Shown here in pieces: positions 18,261 through 29,732 of a DNA stretch of 64,000 bases. The stretch's first letter is position 1; every line of letters begins with the position of its first letter. The notes under the pieces are model-generated. The model did not search any database and was not told the origin of the DNA. It was given only the letters and a program-made list of their open reading frames with translations. Both the position numbers and the translations under genes were made by a program. Source of the stretch: Pseudomonadota bacterium (GTDB taxonomy: Bacteria; Pseudomonadota; Gammaproteobacteria; Diplorickettsiales; Diplorickettsiaceae); contig JBDKHQ010000082.1 in the NCBI GenBank assembly GCA_039797585.1, positions 2,693 to 66,692 on the forward strand, read 5' to 3'.

Positions 18261-20024
18261 ATGAAGCGCATAGTGCAACAAGAAATCAAACACGCTTTGT
18301 TAAGCATGGGCGAATTGTCGCTACCTTCGTCGCTGACTATCCAAGTTGATTATGCGAGAGAAAAATCACATGGCGATTTTTCTAGTAATATTGCCTTAGT
18401 TCTTGCGAAGAAATTACAAATTTCTCCATTGGAATTGGCCGAAAAAATAAAATCGAATATAGATTGTTCCTCAGAAAATTCTAAACTAGAAAAAATTGAA
18501 ATAGCAAAGCCAGGTTTTATTAATTTCTTTTTAAAAAAATCTTTTTGGTATCCAGTTATCGAAGAAATTTTAAGCCGAGAAAAACAATTTGGGGTTTCAA
18601 ATTTAGGCAATAATGAGCCCCTTTTAATTGAGTTTGTTTCGGCTAATCCCACAGGGCCTTTGCATGTAGGCCATGGTCGTGGAGCTGCGTATGGTGATTC
18701 TATAGTGAGATTATTGAGAGCAGTAGGCTATCAAGTTTGCGCAGAATATTATATCAACGACGCCGGAAGACAAATGGATATTTTGGCAACTAGCGTTTGG
18801 TTGCGTTATTTAGAGATTTGCGGAGAAAAATTTACTTTTCCTAGTAATGCCTATCGAGGAAGCTATGTTCATAAGATTGCAGAGCAAATTTTTTCAGAAT
18901 ATGGTAAGGATTTTTTCAAAACTGCAGAATTAGTATTTAAGGATGTCCCTGTTGATGAGCCTCAAGGCGGGAATAAGGAACTGCATATTGATGGTCTTAT
19001 TACCAATGCTAAGACTTTATTGGGCGCGGCTGACTATGCAAAGGTATTTCATGCGGGTTTAAACTCTATTTTAATTGATATTAAGGAAGACCTGAGTGCC
19101 TTTAGAGTAAATTTTGATGAATGGTTTTCGGAAAACAGTTTGTTTAAGGCCGATTTCGTTGATAAAACCATAAAGCGATTAACAGAGAGCGGAAAAACCT
19201 ATGAAGCTAACGGAGCTTTATGGTTTAAATCGACAGACTTTGGTGATGATAAAGATCGAGTATTGCTGCGCGAAAATGGACAACCCACTTACTTTGCTGC
19301 AGACGCTGCTTATCGACTTTGTATTTTAGAAAAACGCGGATTTAAAAAAATAATTAATGTACTGGGCTCAGACCATCATGGCTATGTCCCTCGAATTCGC
19401 GCGGTTATCCAAGCCTTAGGTTTCTCAGAGGATAGTTTAAAGGCCTTATTAGTGCAGTTTGCAATTCTTTATCGCGGCGATAAAAAAATTCAGATGTCGA
19501 CGCGTAGCGGAGAATTTATTACCTTGCGAGAGCTACGAGAAGAAGTAGGAACCGATGCAACACGATTTTTTTATGTATTACGTCGTGCAGATCAGCATAT
19601 GGATTTTGATCTTGAACTTGCTAAGGAACAGTCGAATGCTAATCCTGTCTACTACGTACAATATGCCTATGCGCGAATAAGTAGTGTTTTGCGTCAACTC
19701 ACTGCAAAACAATGGAAGTGGGATAAATCGATAGGGATGAAGGCCCTTAAAGAATTAAAGGAAGCCCAAGAACAGGATTTGTTAGTATTGCTAAATCGTT
19801 ATCCAGAAATATTAGAATTAGCGGCTATTTCTTACGAACCTCATATCATTGCACATTATTTAAGAGATTTGGCACAAGGCTTTCATATTTATTACAATTC
19901 AGTCATTTTCCTGATAGAGGATGAACATTTGCGGAATGCGCGAATCAATTTAATTGTTGCAATTGCACAAGTAATTAAAAATGGCCTAAGCCTATTAGGT
20001 GTAAAGACTTTGGAAGTAATGTAA
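18261..20024 (+). CDS. argS: arginine--tRNA ligase
   Basis: SANPTGPLHVGHGR (HIGH) and an MSTRSG (KMSK-like) block. About 587 aa from the ATG at 18261. A TATAAT at ~18224-18229 inside the longer track ORF argues for this downstream start. Confidence 0.93.
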   Translation: MKRIVQQEIKHALLSMGELSLPSSLTIQVDYAREKSHGDFSSNIALVLAKKLQISPLELAEKIKSNIDCSSENSKLEKIEIAKPGFINFFLKKSFWYPVIEEILSREKQFGVSNLGNNEPLLIEFVSANPTGPLHVGHGRGAAYGDSIVRLLRAVGYQVCAEYYINDAGRQMDILATSVWLRYLEICGEKFTFPSNAYRGSYVHKIAEQIFSEYGKDFFKTAELVFKDVPVDEPQGGNKELHIDGLITNAKTLLGAADYAKVFHAGLNSILIDIKEDLSAFRVNFDEWFSENSLFKADFVDKTIKRLTESGKTYEANGALWFKSTDFGDDKDRVLLRENGQPTYFAADAAYRLCILEKRGFKKIINVLGSDHHGYVPRIRAVIQALGFSEDSLKALLVQFAILYRGDKKIQMSTRSGEFITLRELREEVGTDATRFFYVLRRADQHMDFDLELAKEQSNANPVYYVQYAYARISSVLRQLTAKQWKWDKSIGMKALKELKEAQEQDLLVLLNRYPEILELAAISYEPHIIAHYLRDLAQGFHIYYNSVIFLIEDEHLRNARINLIVAIAQVIKNGLSLLGVKTLEVM

Positions 20025-20698
20025 TGGCAAAAGATTATGCGAAGAAATATACAAAATATAAATATCTCACTCCAAGACGTAAAAACAACCGTTATATTTG
20101 GGTGATGCTAGGGATTTCAATCGGTTTGTTTATTTTAGGTTTATTTTTTCTCAAGCCTATTCATAAAGGAAAGCCTATTCAATCTGCCGAAAAGATAATC
20201 AATAAAAAAAATATCGAAGCACCTGCGCCTCAATCACCAGAGCCAAAATTTGATTTTTATAATATTTTGCCTCAGGAAAATTCGAATTTATCACCTCATG
20301 TTGATTCGGCAATGAAGCAAATATCTTTGTCCAATGATATGAGCACATCTATTCATCCCGCTTCTGGACATAGACCCATAGATGCAATGTTAAGTCCAAC
20401 CCCAGAGCAAGTAGCTATTGCTGAGGCAAAAAAGCAGTTGGAAGAAGAAATGGGCAAATTTAATAATGAGGTTTATATGCTCGTATTAGGCAATTTTACA
20501 GATCGAGCTCATGCAGAACAGTTACAGGCCCAAGCCTTGCTGAAAGGATTTCCTGTGCAAAAAAAGATCAGCTTAGTTAATGGAAAGCCAATATACCAGG
20601 TCGTTATGGGGCCCTCAGATTTAAATAAGCTTACGCAGGAAAATAAACGATTAAATGAAGCTGGATTAGCAGCCATGTTGGTTAAAATTACCCCATAA
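20024..20698 (+). CDS. SPOR-domain protein, FtsN-like
   Basis: Basic N-terminus, one TM segment, a Pro/Gln-rich linker, and a C-terminal SPOR-like fold (YMLVLGNF...AEQLQAQALLKGFP...YQVVMGP). Its position directly upstream of hslVU mirrors E. coli ftsN-hslVU. Confidence 0.7.
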   Translation: MAKDYAKKYTKYKYLTPRRKNNRYIWVMLGISIGLFILGLFFLKPIHKGKPIQSAEKIINKKNIEAPAPQSPEPKFDFYNILPQENSNLSPHVDSAMKQISLSNDMSTSIHPASGHRPIDAMLSPTPEQVAIAEAKKQLEEEMGKFNNEVYMLVLGNFTDRAHAEQLQAQALLKGFPVQKKISLVNGKPIYQVVMGPSDLNKLTQENKRLNEAGLAAMLVKITP

Positions 20699-20723
20699 AC
20701 GGGAAATTACATTCTTTGAGGCT

Positions 20724-20751
20724 CTTGAAAACTGTAAGTTAGCCACCATTG
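20724..20751 (+). promoter_or_regulatory. sigma32 (heat-shock) type promoter for hslVU
   Basis: CTTGAAA (20724-20730), 13-nt spacer, CACCATTG (20744-20751), compared with the consensus CTTGAAA-N13-14-CCCCATnT. hslVU is a classical sigma32 operon. Confidence 0.5.
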
Positions 20752-20789
20752 TGATAGTTTTAAATCCTAACAATTTTAAAGGGTAAATA

Positions 20790-21347
20790 GTGCAGTCATT
20801 ACATGGTACAACAATATTATTAGTTCGGCGTAACGATAAAGTCGTCATTGGTGGGGATGGTCAGGTGACTTTAGGTAATGCGATTGTTTTAAAGGGAAAT
20901 GCGCGCAAGGTTCGTAAATTATATGACGGACAAGTATTAGTTGGATTTGCAGGTGCAACAGCCGACGCGTTTACGTTAATAGAACGGTTTGAAAATAAAC
21001 TAAAAGAATGTAATGGACGACTAGACCGAGCTTCGGTAGAACTTGCAAAGGATTGGCGTTCCGATCGAGTTTTACGGCGCTTAGAAGCAATGCTTTTAGT
21101 TGCTGATAAAGAAAAATCTTTTATGTTAAGTGGAAATGGCGATGTAATTGAGCCAGAACATGATTTAATTGCCATAGGCTCCGGTGGATCTTATGCACAA
21201 TCGGCGGCATTAGCATTATTTCAAAATACTAAATTAAACGCCCGTAGTATTGTTGAGAAAAGTTTGATCATTGCAGCTGATATCTGTGTTTTCACAAACC
21301 ACCAACGTACGATTGAAGAAATTGATTCTGTGAATACTAAAAAATAA
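20790..21347 (+). CDS. hslV: ATP-dependent protease subunit HslV
   Basis: GTG start. ...[10 protein letters not shown] with the catalytic Thr, plus [20 protein letters not shown] and GSGG blocks. Confidence 0.93.
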   Translation: MQSLHGTTILLVRRNDKVVIGGDGQVTLGNAIVLKGNARKVRKLYDGQVLVGFAGATADAFTLIERFENKLKECNGRLDRASVELAKDWRSDRVLRRLEAMLLVADKEKSFMLSGNGDVIEPEHDLIAIGSGGSYAQSAALALFQNTKLNARSIVEKSLIIAADICVFTNHQRTIEEIDSVNTKK

Positions 21348-21380
21348 TAAACTAACTATAAACTAATTACTTATTTAATA

Positions 21381-22871
21381 ATGAAAACTAATTCGCTCGA
21401 TTTAATTGATACAACTACCGATGAAACCAATCAAGTTTCTGAGCTAACTATGATGGATGCTAATTTTTCAGAAGAGTTAAATCAAGCCGACAATGACGCA
21501 GATTTGCCTGTTGGTATAGATTATTTAAGTAAAATTGATTTGACGCCTAAACAAATAGTGTTACAACTTGATGACTTTATCATAGGGCAAAATGAAGCTA
21601 AACGAGCGATTGCGATCGCTTTACGCAACCGTAAACGTCGTATGTTACTGGATCCTATGTTAAGAGATGAAGTGACACCTAAAAATATACTCATGATAGG
21701 TCCTTCCGGTGTAGGTAAAACTGAAATTGGTCGTCGTGCCGCTAAAATTACGGGTTGCCCCTTTTTAAAAATAGAAGCCACCAAGTTTACTGAGGTAGGT
21801 TACATTGGACGAGATGTGGATTCTATTCCTAGAGATTTAGTAGATTCGGCGTTTAAATTTTTACGTGAAGAAGAGATTAAACGTCTTCAGCCTCAGGTCT
21901 TAGAGGCGGCGGAAAGTAAAATAATTGATAGTTTTGTTCCGCCTTCCCGTCCACCAAAAGGTGAAGCGACGGATGAGCTTAAAAACAAAGAAAAATCTAT
22001 AGCAAGAAATGTTTTTCGCAAGCAATTGCGCGCAGGACTTTTAGATGAAAAAGAAATAGATGTAGAGTTAGCTGCTTTACCAACCGGAGTCGAGATTATG
22101 GGTCCTCCCGGTATGGAAGATATGACTAGCCAATTGCAAAATATGCTGCAAAATATTGGTACGACACGTACACGCACTCGTCGTATGAAGGTAAAAGATG
22201 CATTAGCTGTGATTCAAAAAGAAGAAGCAGGCAAATTACTCGACGAAGAAGATTTGAAGCGTAAAGCAATAGAATGGGTAGAACAATATGGAATAGTATT
22301 TATCGATGAGATCGATAAGGTATGTCGACGTGGTGAAGTGAGCGGTGCAGATGTCTCTCGTGAAGGAGTTCAGCGAGATTTATTGCCATTAATTGAGGGT
22401 TGTACTGTCTCGACAAAATATGGCATGGTCCGAACGGATCATATCTTGTTTATTGCCGCAGGCGCATTTCATTTATCAAAACCATCGGATTTAGTGCCTG
22501 AATTACAAGGTCGTTTGCCAATTCGAGTGGAGCTAAAGGCATTAACAGCAAAAGATTTTGAACGTATTTTAGTGGAACCTCAAGCATCATTAATTGTGCA
22601 ATATCAGGCTTTATTGGGGACTGAAGAATTAGAGTTAAATTTTGATAAGCTCGCCATACAACGTATCGCTGAAATTGCTTATGATCTTAATGAAAAGACT
22701 GAGAATATTGGCGCGCGTCGTTTATATACCGTAATGGAACGTTTGCTGGAGGAGATATCTTTTGAAGCAACGGATTATACAGATAAAAAGGTAAACATTG
22801 ATGTTAATTATGTAGACAAACATCTAACCCCTTTAGCGCAAGATCAAGATACAAGTCATTTTATTTTATAA
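21381..22871 (+). CDS. hslU: ATP-dependent protease ATPase subunit HslU (with ~50-aa acidic N-terminal extension if the first ATG is used)
   Basis: [30 protein letters not shown], Walker [11 protein letters not shown], Walker B FIDEIDK, and the C-terminal ...FIL. The region homologous to E. coli residue 1 begins near codon 54. Confidence 0.92.
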   Translation: MKTNSLDLIDTTTDETNQVSELTMMDANFSEELNQADNDADLPVGIDYLSKIDLTPKQIVLQLDDFIIGQNEAKRAIAIALRNRKRRMLLDPMLRDEVTPKNILMIGPSGVGKTEIGRRAAKITGCPFLKIEATKFTEVGYIGRDVDSIPRDLVDSAFKFLREEEIKRLQPQVLEAAESKIIDSFVPPSRPPKGEATDELKNKEKSIARNVFRKQLRAGLLDEKEIDVELAALPTGVEIMGPPGMEDMTSQLQNMLQNIGTTRTRTRRMKVKDALAVIQKEEAGKLLDEEDLKRKAIEWVEQYGIVFIDEIDKVCRRGEVSGADVSREGVQRDLLPLIEGCTVSTKYGMVRTDHILFIAAGAFHLSKPSDLVPELQGRLPIRVELKALTAKDFERILVEPQASLIVQYQALLGTEELELNFDKLAIQRIAEIAYDLNEKTENIGARRLYTVMERLLEEISFEATDYTDKKVNIDVNYVDKHLTPLAQDQDTSHFIL

Positions 22872-22872
22872 C

Positions 22873-23226
22873 ATGCTTCCTATTCCTAGCGATATAAAAC
22901 TTCTACAGAAAACACGAGTATTGGAAATTCTGTTTGATAATGGTGAAAAATTTAACTTACCCTGCGAATACTTAAGAGTTTTTTCCCCCTCAGCAGAAGT
23001 TAAAGGACATGGACATAGCGAAGGAAAATTAGTTAGCGGCAAAAAAAACGTAAATATTATCAACATAGAATCAGTCGGGCATTATGCTATTAGATTGATT
23101 TTTGATGATCATCATCAGTCAGGAATCTATAGTTGGGAAACATTGTATGACCTATCTAAGCATCATGTTGAATATTGGAAGCATTATCTACAGCGCCTAG
23201 AATCAGCGGGCGCAAGCCGAGATTAG
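22873..23226 (+). CDS. DUF971 family protein (gamma-butyrobetaine hydroxylase-like N-terminal domain)
   Basis: 117 aa. [10 protein letters not shown]...[26 protein letters not shown] pattern. Commonly found directly after hslU in Gammaproteobacteria. Confidence 0.6.
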   Translation: MLPIPSDIKLLQKTRVLEILFDNGEKFNLPCEYLRVFSPSAEVKGHGHSEGKLVSGKKNVNIINIESVGHYAIRLIFDDHHQSGIYSWETLYDLSKHHVEYWKHYLQRLESAGASRD

Positions 23227-24428
23227 TTTTTTTTAATAGTGACTTTAGCAAAGCGTCTTTTCCCAACTTGGTAAATGTGGCTAGTGCCGGCTTTAATTAA
23301 TAGCTTCTTATCTTCTATTTTTAGAGAGTCAATTTTAACAGCCCCAGCCTCAATTGATCGCAATGCCTCTGACGTGCTCGTAACTAAGCCAGCTTGCTTT
23401 AATAAGTTCGCAATCGATATATTCTCTCCAGGTATACGTATATTCAATTCTTTAATTTCTGAAGGGATAGCACCATCTCTAAACCGATGTTGAAATTCCT
23501 GTAATGCTTTTTCAGCATCCGCTTTATTGTGAAAACGTTCAATAATTTCTAAGGCTAATTCAATTTTAAAATCACGTGGGTTAGCTACTCCTTGAGTGGA
23601 CTCCTGTTGCATCGATTTAATGTCTTTTAAAGATTTTTTGAATGAAAGCAACTCAAAATAACGCCACATCAACTCGTCAGAAATCGACATAATTTTTCCG
23701 AACATATCGTTTGCCGGCTCATCGATAGCAATATAATTATTCAGAGATTTAGACATTTTTTGTATGCCATCTAACCCTTCTAACAGAGGCATAGTTAAAA
23801 TTATCTGTGGTGTTTGTTTAAAATGTTTTTGTAATTCTCTTCCTAGCAATAAATTAAACTTTTGATCGTTGCCACCACATTCTATATCCGTTTTTAATAC
23901 GACAGAATCATAGCCCTGAAGTAAAGGATATAAAAACTCATGGATGGCAATAGCTTGGTGCTGGCGATAACGTTGATGAAAATCATCTCGTTCTAGCATT
24001 CTTGCTACAGTATAGGAGGATGCTAGTTTAATTAGATCGGTAACGGATAATTTTCCTAACCATTCTGAATTAAATCGCAAATTAGTTTTTTTAGGATCTA
24101 ATATTTTATTAAATTGTTGCTGATAGGTTTTGGTGTTGGCAGTCACTTGTTCGACGCTTAAGGGCGGGCGGGTAGCATTTTTACCTGAGGGATCGCCAAT
24201 AAGTGCAGTAAAGTCACCAATGATAATATCAATTTCATGACCCAAATCTTGTAATTGCCGCAATTTGTTGATAAGCACAGTATGACCTAAATGTAGATCA
24301 GGGGCTGTTGGATCAAAACCAGCTTTAATGCGCAAAGGTCTATTTTCTTTTAATTTCTGATTTAATTCATCAACAACAAGTATTTCAGTAGTTCCTCGTT
24401 GAAAGATTTCAAAAGTATTATCATTCAT
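23223..24428 (-). CDS. tyrS: tyrosine--tRNA ligase (type 2)
   Basis: [13 protein letters not shown] (HIGH), KMSKS, and a C-terminal S4-like domain. 401 aa. Confidence 0.93.
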   Translation of the reverse strand: MNDNTFEIFQRGTTEILVVDELNQKLKENRPLRIKAGFDPTAPDLHLGHTVLINKLRQLQDLGHEIDIIIGDFTALIGDPSGKNATRPPLSVEQVTANTKTYQQQFNKILDPKKTNLRFNSEWLGKLSVTDLIKLASSYTVARMLERDDFHQRYRQHQAIAIHEFLYPLLQGYDSVVLKTDIECGGNDQKFNLLLGRELQKHFKQTPQIILTMPLLEGLDGIQKMSKSLNNYIAIDEPANDMFGKIMSISDELMWRYFELLSFKKSLKDIKSMQQESTQGVANPRDFKIELALEIIERFHNKADAEKALQEFQHRFRDGAIPSEIKELNIRIPGENISIANLLKQAGLVTSTSEALRSIEAGAVKIDSLKIEDKKLLIKAGTSHIYQVGKRRFAKVTIKKN

Positions 24429-24429
24429 G

Positions 24430-25269
24430 TTATTTACCCGTTATAGTTAACGCCAAAGCGTATAATTTATTTTTTTTTTCATGAGTTATTTTAGCAGCTA
24501 GTGAGGTTGCTTGCTTAATTGGTAATTCATCTAATAGAATCTCTAAAATTCTCTGCGTGTCTATTTCATCGGGACTTAGATATTCTGCTCCTTCCACTAG
24601 GACCACGAATTCTCCTTTTTGTTGATTCTTATCTGAGTTCACCCAGTTTTTCAATTGTTCTAAATTATCCCCATGAATGGTTTCAAAGGTTTTTGTTAAT
24701 TCTCTGGCTAAAACTACGTAACGCTTGGATCCAAATACAGCAAGCATATCATTTATTAGCTCTAGAATACGATGTGGCGCTTCATAGAATATAATTGTCC
24801 GTGTTTCATATAGGTATTCTAGTAATTTTTTTTGCCTGGCGATATTTTTTCCAGGTAAAAAGCCTTCAAAAATAAATCTATCACAGGCTAAACCCGATGC
24901 GCATAGAGCAGTTATTAATGCACAGGGACCAGGAATAGGAATAACTTGGATTCCATGTTGGTGAGCTAATTTAACTAAACGATAGCCTGGGTCGTTAATC
25001 AGGGGGGTTCCCGCATCACTAATTAAGGCGATAGATTGATTTTTTTTTAGAGCATCCAAAAGAATTTGGCTGGAAATTGTTTCGTTATGCTCATGAAATG
25101 AAATTAATGGTGTAGTAATACCAAAATGCTTAAGTAATTTTTGACTATGCCGAGTATCTTCGGCGGCAATTTGGTCAACATTTTGTAAAGTTTCAATCGC
25201 TCTCGCGCTAAAGTCTTCTAAATTACCTATAGGTGTAGCAACTACATAAAGGCCGGGAATTTTTGACAT
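24430..25269 (-). CDS. rsmI: 16S rRNA (cytidine1402-2'-O)-methyltransferase
   Basis: [42 protein letters not shown] chose the start at the internal Met; the track ORF extends to 25329. Confidence 0.9.
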   Translation of the reverse strand: MSKIPGLYVVATPIGNLEDFSARAIETLQNVDQIAAEDTRHSQKLLKHFGITTPLISFHEHNETISSQILLDALKKNQSIALISDAGTPLINDPGYRLVKLAHQHGIQVIPIPGPCALITALCASGLACDRFIFEGFLPGKNIARQKKLLEYLYETRTIIFYEAPHRILELINDMLAVFGSKRYVVLARELTKTFETIHGDNLEQLKNWVNSDKNQQKGEFVVLVEGAEYLSPDEIDTQRILEILLDELPIKQATSLAAKITHEKKNKLYALALTITGK

Positions 25270-25350
25270 AAAACTTTTCGCATTAAGATATGAGATGGGT
25301 ATAATGGCACAGCGTTTTATTCTGCGCAAAACTCAGAGGTTAGATTCAAA

Positions 25351-26709
25351 ATGTCCAAAAAGATGAAACAACAAAAATTGGGGCTGTGGATGTTAACCGC
25401 TCTAGTTACTGGCAATATGATAGGCTCAGGAATATTCTTATTACCTGCCTCATTGGCCGCTTATGGCAGTATTAGCCTACTCTCTTGGATCGCTACAGCG
25501 GTGGGCGCTTTGTTAATAGCATTAGTATTTGCTAAGCTAGCTAATGTGATGCCCCTTATAGGAGGGCCTTATGCCTATTGTCGAGAGGCATTTGGTGATT
25601 TTATTGGATTTCAGATGGCTTATAATTATTGGATTGCACTTTGGGTGGGCAATGCTGCAATAGTTGTTGCTTTAACAGGATACTTAAGTTTTTTTTGGCC
25701 ATTGCTGGCTAAAAATGCGCTATGGTCTTGTTTGGTTAGTATTAGCTTGGTTTGGTTAATGACATTTATCAATATTCTGGGTGTTCGGCATGCAGGCGTT
25801 TTTCAGTTATTGACAACTATTTTAAAATTGATTCCATTATTACTTATTGCCTTTGTTGGCATTTTTTACATTCATCCCCACTTTTTGAGTGCATTCAATT
25901 TATCCGGTAAATCCAACTTAAGCGCATTTAGTGGCGCAGCAACGTTAACTTTATGGTCTTTTATCGGCCTAGAATCGGCTTCGGTCCCTGCAGGTCATGT
26001 AGATAACCCCACTCGCACTATTCCTAAAGCGACTATTTTGGGAGTAATCATCGCTACAGTTGTTTATATATTGAGTAGCATTGCAGTGATGGGGGTTATG
26101 CCGTTAACAGAGCTTGCGCATTCCAATGCCCCCTATGCCGATGCTGCAAACATCATGTTTGGACCCATGGGAAGTACTTTGATAGCCATTGGGGCAGTTA
26201 TTTCTTGTTTAGGCGCTTTGAATGGTTGGATTTTACTTCAAGGTCAAATTCCATTAGCTGCCGCCCAGGATAAACTTTTTCCGAGTATTTTTTTAAAAAA
26301 AACCGAAAATGGGACACCTATTGTAGGTTTAGTCATTTCTAGCGTTTTAATTTCCTTGCTATTATTGTTGACCTTAAATCATAGTTTGGTTAAACAATTT
26401 ACAATTATTATCTTGCTAGCAACTTTAGCCTCGCTGATTCCGTATTTTTTAACTACGATGTCTGAGTTGGTTATCTTTTTTAAATATCCTGGGCTTTTTA
26501 AAAAAGGAAGAAAATTATTTGGCTCGGTCGCAATTGCAATTTTAGCTGGAATCTACTCCTTTTGGGTTATCATAGGTTCCGGTAAAGAAACGGTATTTTA
26601 TGGGACATTACTATTACTTAGTAGCGCACCTGTTTATGTCTGGATGAAATGGCGTGCTTCTTCAAAGGATGTTATAAACGTAACTGAGCAACCTTTACCT
26701 TTACCCTGA
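25351..26709 (+). CDS. APC-superfamily basic amino acid/polyamine antiporter (AdiC/PotE/CadB-like)
   Basis: 12-TM profile. The N-terminus LVTGNMIGSGIFLLPASLA and GGPYAYCREAFG closely parallel AdiC-type antiporters. Substrate cannot be assigned from sequence. Confidence 0.8.
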   Translation: MSKKMKQQKLGLWMLTALVTGNMIGSGIFLLPASLAAYGSISLLSWIATAVGALLIALVFAKLANVMPLIGGPYAYCREAFGDFIGFQMAYNYWIALWVGNAAIVVALTGYLSFFWPLLAKNALWSCLVSISLVWLMTFINILGVRHAGVFQLLTTILKLIPLLLIAFVGIFYIHPHFLSAFNLSGKSNLSAFSGAATLTLWSFIGLESASVPAGHVDNPTRTIPKATILGVIIATVVYILSSIAVMGVMPLTELAHSNAPYADAANIMFGPMGSTLIAIGAVISCLGALNGWILLQGQIPLAAAQDKLFPSIFLKKTENGTPIVGLVISSVLISLLLLLTLNHSLVKQFTIIILLATLASLIPYFLTTMSELVIFFKYPGLFKKGRKLFGSVAIAILAGIYSFWVIIGSGKETVFYGTLLLLSSAPVYVWMKWRASSKDVINVTEQPLPLP

Positions 26710-26717
26710 GGCATAGT

Positions 26718-29700
26718 TTGTACAAACTATTTGTTTTTTTAGTTATTTTATTAGGCGGTTTTTATTCCCCAGCTTTTGCTGAGCTTAATGGATCTCCTTT
26801 AGTGAATTTGACTCAGCAACAATTAGTAGCTGAGCAGATGCGTAGCGATTTACTTCAAAGAAAGCTGCAGGGCTTGCGTAATGAAAGGAAAGTTGCTTCA
26901 CCTGTAATTAGTAAACAATCTCTTGCGCATCTGGATTTATTGATTGCTATGGCGAAAGCCGATTTAGAAAGTATTAGCTTAAGCCTAAAAACAACTCAAC
27001 AATCTACTGATTTGATTCAAAATTCCATTCGAAACGCCCCTGATCAATGGGAAATTTCAACGCCGGGCTTATCTATTTCCCAAGAAATTCAGTTACAACA
27101 GATACGATTACAACAAACTTTACAAGAACGACGAAATTTATTCAATTTACAGCAAAAGCGTATTAAGGTTTTGCAGCGTTCGCGTGATACCGTGCAACAA
27201 ACTATTAATTTTGCTGAAGAATGGAGACAAAATTTACAGAGAAATTATCAATTACAGCAACAAACTCATCGACAAGAATCTCTGGGTGTATTAGCTCAGC
27301 GTCTGCAACAAGATCAACAAAATTGGATGCAACGCCTGAATCAATGGAGCGAAGAATTAAAAAAGGCTGAAATAACCGGGTTTATCAATAATTACTCTTA
27401 CGATCAAATTGAGTTTAATATATTTGAAGCGGAAGAAAAAAATAATTTACTTGAGACAGAACTAAATACCGCTAAAATATCTAATAAATTGCAAGATTTA
27501 GCTTCTGCATTTAATCAAAAATTATCCTTAAGTACACTGAGCAGTTTGCAGCATCAAATTGAAAATCTAAGTGAGCAAATCAATACATCAATTGACTTAT
27601 TTCATAATAAGATCAAATTTCTAAAAAATTACTTGAATTTAATCAATAAAGATCTTCAGGAAAGAGAACCTAATTTTGCGAAAGATCAAGTTAAATTAGC
27701 TCCTTTAAGAGAAATTATTCTTGGTTATCAAAATTTGTTTGTAAAAATGCAACAATTGGCCAAAGAATCTGATGCACAACAAGTTCTTATAGCAAAACAA
27801 TTAAAACTACAACTTGCAAATAGACAAGCTTTACCGGGTTGGAATTTGAATGCTTGGATCGGTTTAGGGCAAACTATTTTTCAAATTCCTAGATTAACGA
27901 TAGATAAATTAGCGGGTCTTTATGAGCCTGTTTATAATAAATTAGAGTTAGTATCAAATTGGCAATGGCTCATCGTATTATTTTGCGCGCTTATCTGGTT
28001 TGCTACTTGGTTAAAATTAAGACGATTTTTGGCCGTAGATAGAGTACGTTTGCAGCAACGTAGTAGAGGTTTTTTTTCGGCACAAACAGTAATAGTGGTA
28101 TTACAATTGCTGCAGCGTCATTTATCCGGAATTATGTTGTTGGCGGGTTTAATAGGTTTATTGTTTTTATTAAATATACCTATCAAATTATTTGCTTTGA
28201 TTATAAGTATGGGTGTTGTTTGTTTAATATTTAGTATAGTTATCCAGCTTGCCCATATTTTATTGCTCGAAAATACCACCGATGAAAGCGGTCATGATGT
28301 CAAACTCTATTATCGTTTGCGAACTACTTTATTGATCGGTGGTATAGTGACTTTAGCGACAATCTTAGTTAACCAATTACCGGTTAATTATGAAGTTCAA
28401 GATTTGTTTGGTCGTTTATTCATGTTATTTCTCCTCATTGTAGCTTTAGTCTTAATGAAGGGTTGGGAAGTTGTTCCTACATTACTTGAACCTTACATAG
28501 AAAATAAACATGCTTATTTAAAACGGGTAATTCGTTGGCTAAGTTTCTTAATTCCATTCAGTTTATTAACCAATGCCTTAATAGGATTAGTGGGTTATGT
28601 CGAACTGGCTTGGGCTATCGCCCACTACCAAGGTTTATTTTTAGTTGCTTTAACTGCTTATCTATTGCTAAGAGGTCTTCTAGATGAATTAGTTCGCTGG
28701 GTCTCCGAGCTATGTATTCGCCATTTCAGAAATGGCTGGTTATGGAGTCAATCATTATTGAAACCATTTCATCAAATTTTAAAATTAGCATTATTATGTT
28801 TATCAATATTGGGCTTATTTGAGCTTTATGGTTGGGGGGATCGTATTCCTTTACTAAAGGCAAGCCTTATGAAATTACTTTCTAAGAAGTTATTTGTTAT
28901 AAATAGTACAGCGATTGTGACTGGCTTAACAATTGTGCATTTAGCTATATTAGGGGCAAGCTTAACTTGGATAGGTCATTGGTCGCGAGAGTTTGCTTAT
29001 CGTTGGTTGTTTGCCCATACCAAAGATTTAGGTTTACGTAATAGCTTAGCAATTTTTACTCATTACACACTTATCGCTATTGGAATTACCATTGGATTAA
29101 ATATTTTGGGTTTGAATTGGGGAAATATTACCTTAATTTTAAGTGGCTTCTCTTTGGGTGTGGGATTAGGATTAAGAGACCTATTTAATAATTTTATTAC
29201 TGGTATTTTCCTATTGATAGAAAGACCAGTGAAGGTGGGTGATTGGGTTACAGTCGGGAATTATGATGGCCAAGTATCCCATATTGGTGCTCGTTCGATG
29301 ACGGTGACAACTGATGATCGTCAAGAATTATTAGTCCCGAATGCGGATATTTTTAGTAAAAATTTTATTAATTGGACGCATCGTGATAGCGTAGTGCGTG
29401 CCTTAGTGACTGTTAAAACCAATCGGAAAGATAATCCACAACGAATTAAGGATATTATTTTAGAAGTATTAGCAACCATCCCGAAAATTTTAACGAATCC
29501 TAAACCAGAGGTTTATTTTAAGGAAATTGATAAAATTTTGTTAGAATTTAAAGTTGAGTATTATGTAGATCTGAATCACATTAGTTCACGTTCTGGTGTA
29601 CGCTCGCAGTTTTTATTTAGTTTATCGGAGCGTTTTTCTGATGAAGGTATATTACCTCCAGAAGCTCCGCATGACGTGCACCTTGAAGGTAAATTACAGC

Positions 29701-29723
29701 TAAATTCCAATCCATCGATTTAA
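26718..29723 (+). CDS. large mechanosensitive channel, MscK/MscM-like
   Basis: TTG start, signal peptide, ~400-aa Gln-rich coiled-coil periplasmic domain, ~11 TM segments, and a C-terminal MscS core (GVGLGLRDLFNNFITGIFLLIERPVKVGDWV). Confidence 0.85.
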   Translation: MYKLFVFLVILLGGFYSPAFAELNGSPLVNLTQQQLVAEQMRSDLLQRKLQGLRNERKVASPVISKQSLAHLDLLIAMAKADLESISLSLKTTQQSTDLIQNSIRNAPDQWEISTPGLSISQEIQLQQIRLQQTLQERRNLFNLQQKRIKVLQRSRDTVQQTINFAEEWRQNLQRNYQLQQQTHRQESLGVLAQRLQQDQQNWMQRLNQWSEELKKAEITGFINNYSYDQIEFNIFEAEEKNNLLETELNTAKISNKLQDLASAFNQKLSLSTLSSLQHQIENLSEQINTSIDLFHNKIKFLKNYLNLINKDLQEREPNFAKDQVKLAPLREIILGYQNLFVKMQQLAKESDAQQVLIAKQLKLQLANRQALPGWNLNAWIGLGQTIFQIPRLTIDKLAGLYEPVYNKLELVSNWQWLIVLFCALIWFATWLKLRRFLAVDRVRLQQRSRGFFSAQTVIVVLQLLQRHLSGIMLLAGLIGLLFLLNIPIKLFALIISMGVVCLIFSIVIQLAHILLLENTTDESGHDVKLYYRLRTTLLIGGIVTLATILVNQLPVNYEVQDLFGRLFMLFLLIVALVLMKGWEVVPTLLEPYIENKHAYLKRVIRWLSFLIPFSLLTNALIGLVGYVELAWAIAHYQGLFLVALTAYLLLRGLLDELVRWVSELCIRHFRNGWLWSQSLLKPFHQILKLALLCLSILGLFELYGWGDRIPLLKASLMKLLSKKLFVINSTAIVTGLTIVHLAILGASLTWIGHWSREFAYRWLFAHTKDLGLRNSLAIFTHYTLIAIGITIGLNILGLNWGNITLILSGFSLGVGLGLRDLFNNFITGIFLLIERPVKVGDWVTVGNYDGQVSHIGARSMTVTTDDRQELLVPNADIFSKNFINWTHRDSVVRALVTVKTNRKDNPQRIKDIILEVLATIPKILTNPKPEVYFKEIDKILLEFKVEYYVDLNHISSRSGVRSQFLFSLSERFSDEGILPPEAPHDVHLEGKLQLNSNPSI

Positions 29724-29732
29724 TTTTGTGTT

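Noticed and set aside
20790-20810. HslV appears to have six residues (MQSLHG) before the catalytic N-terminal Thr, which could suggest a novel propeptide.
   Set aside because: From memory, many beta- and gammaproteobacterial HslV sequences begin MEQFHGTTI..., so a short pre-Thr leader is common and not novel.
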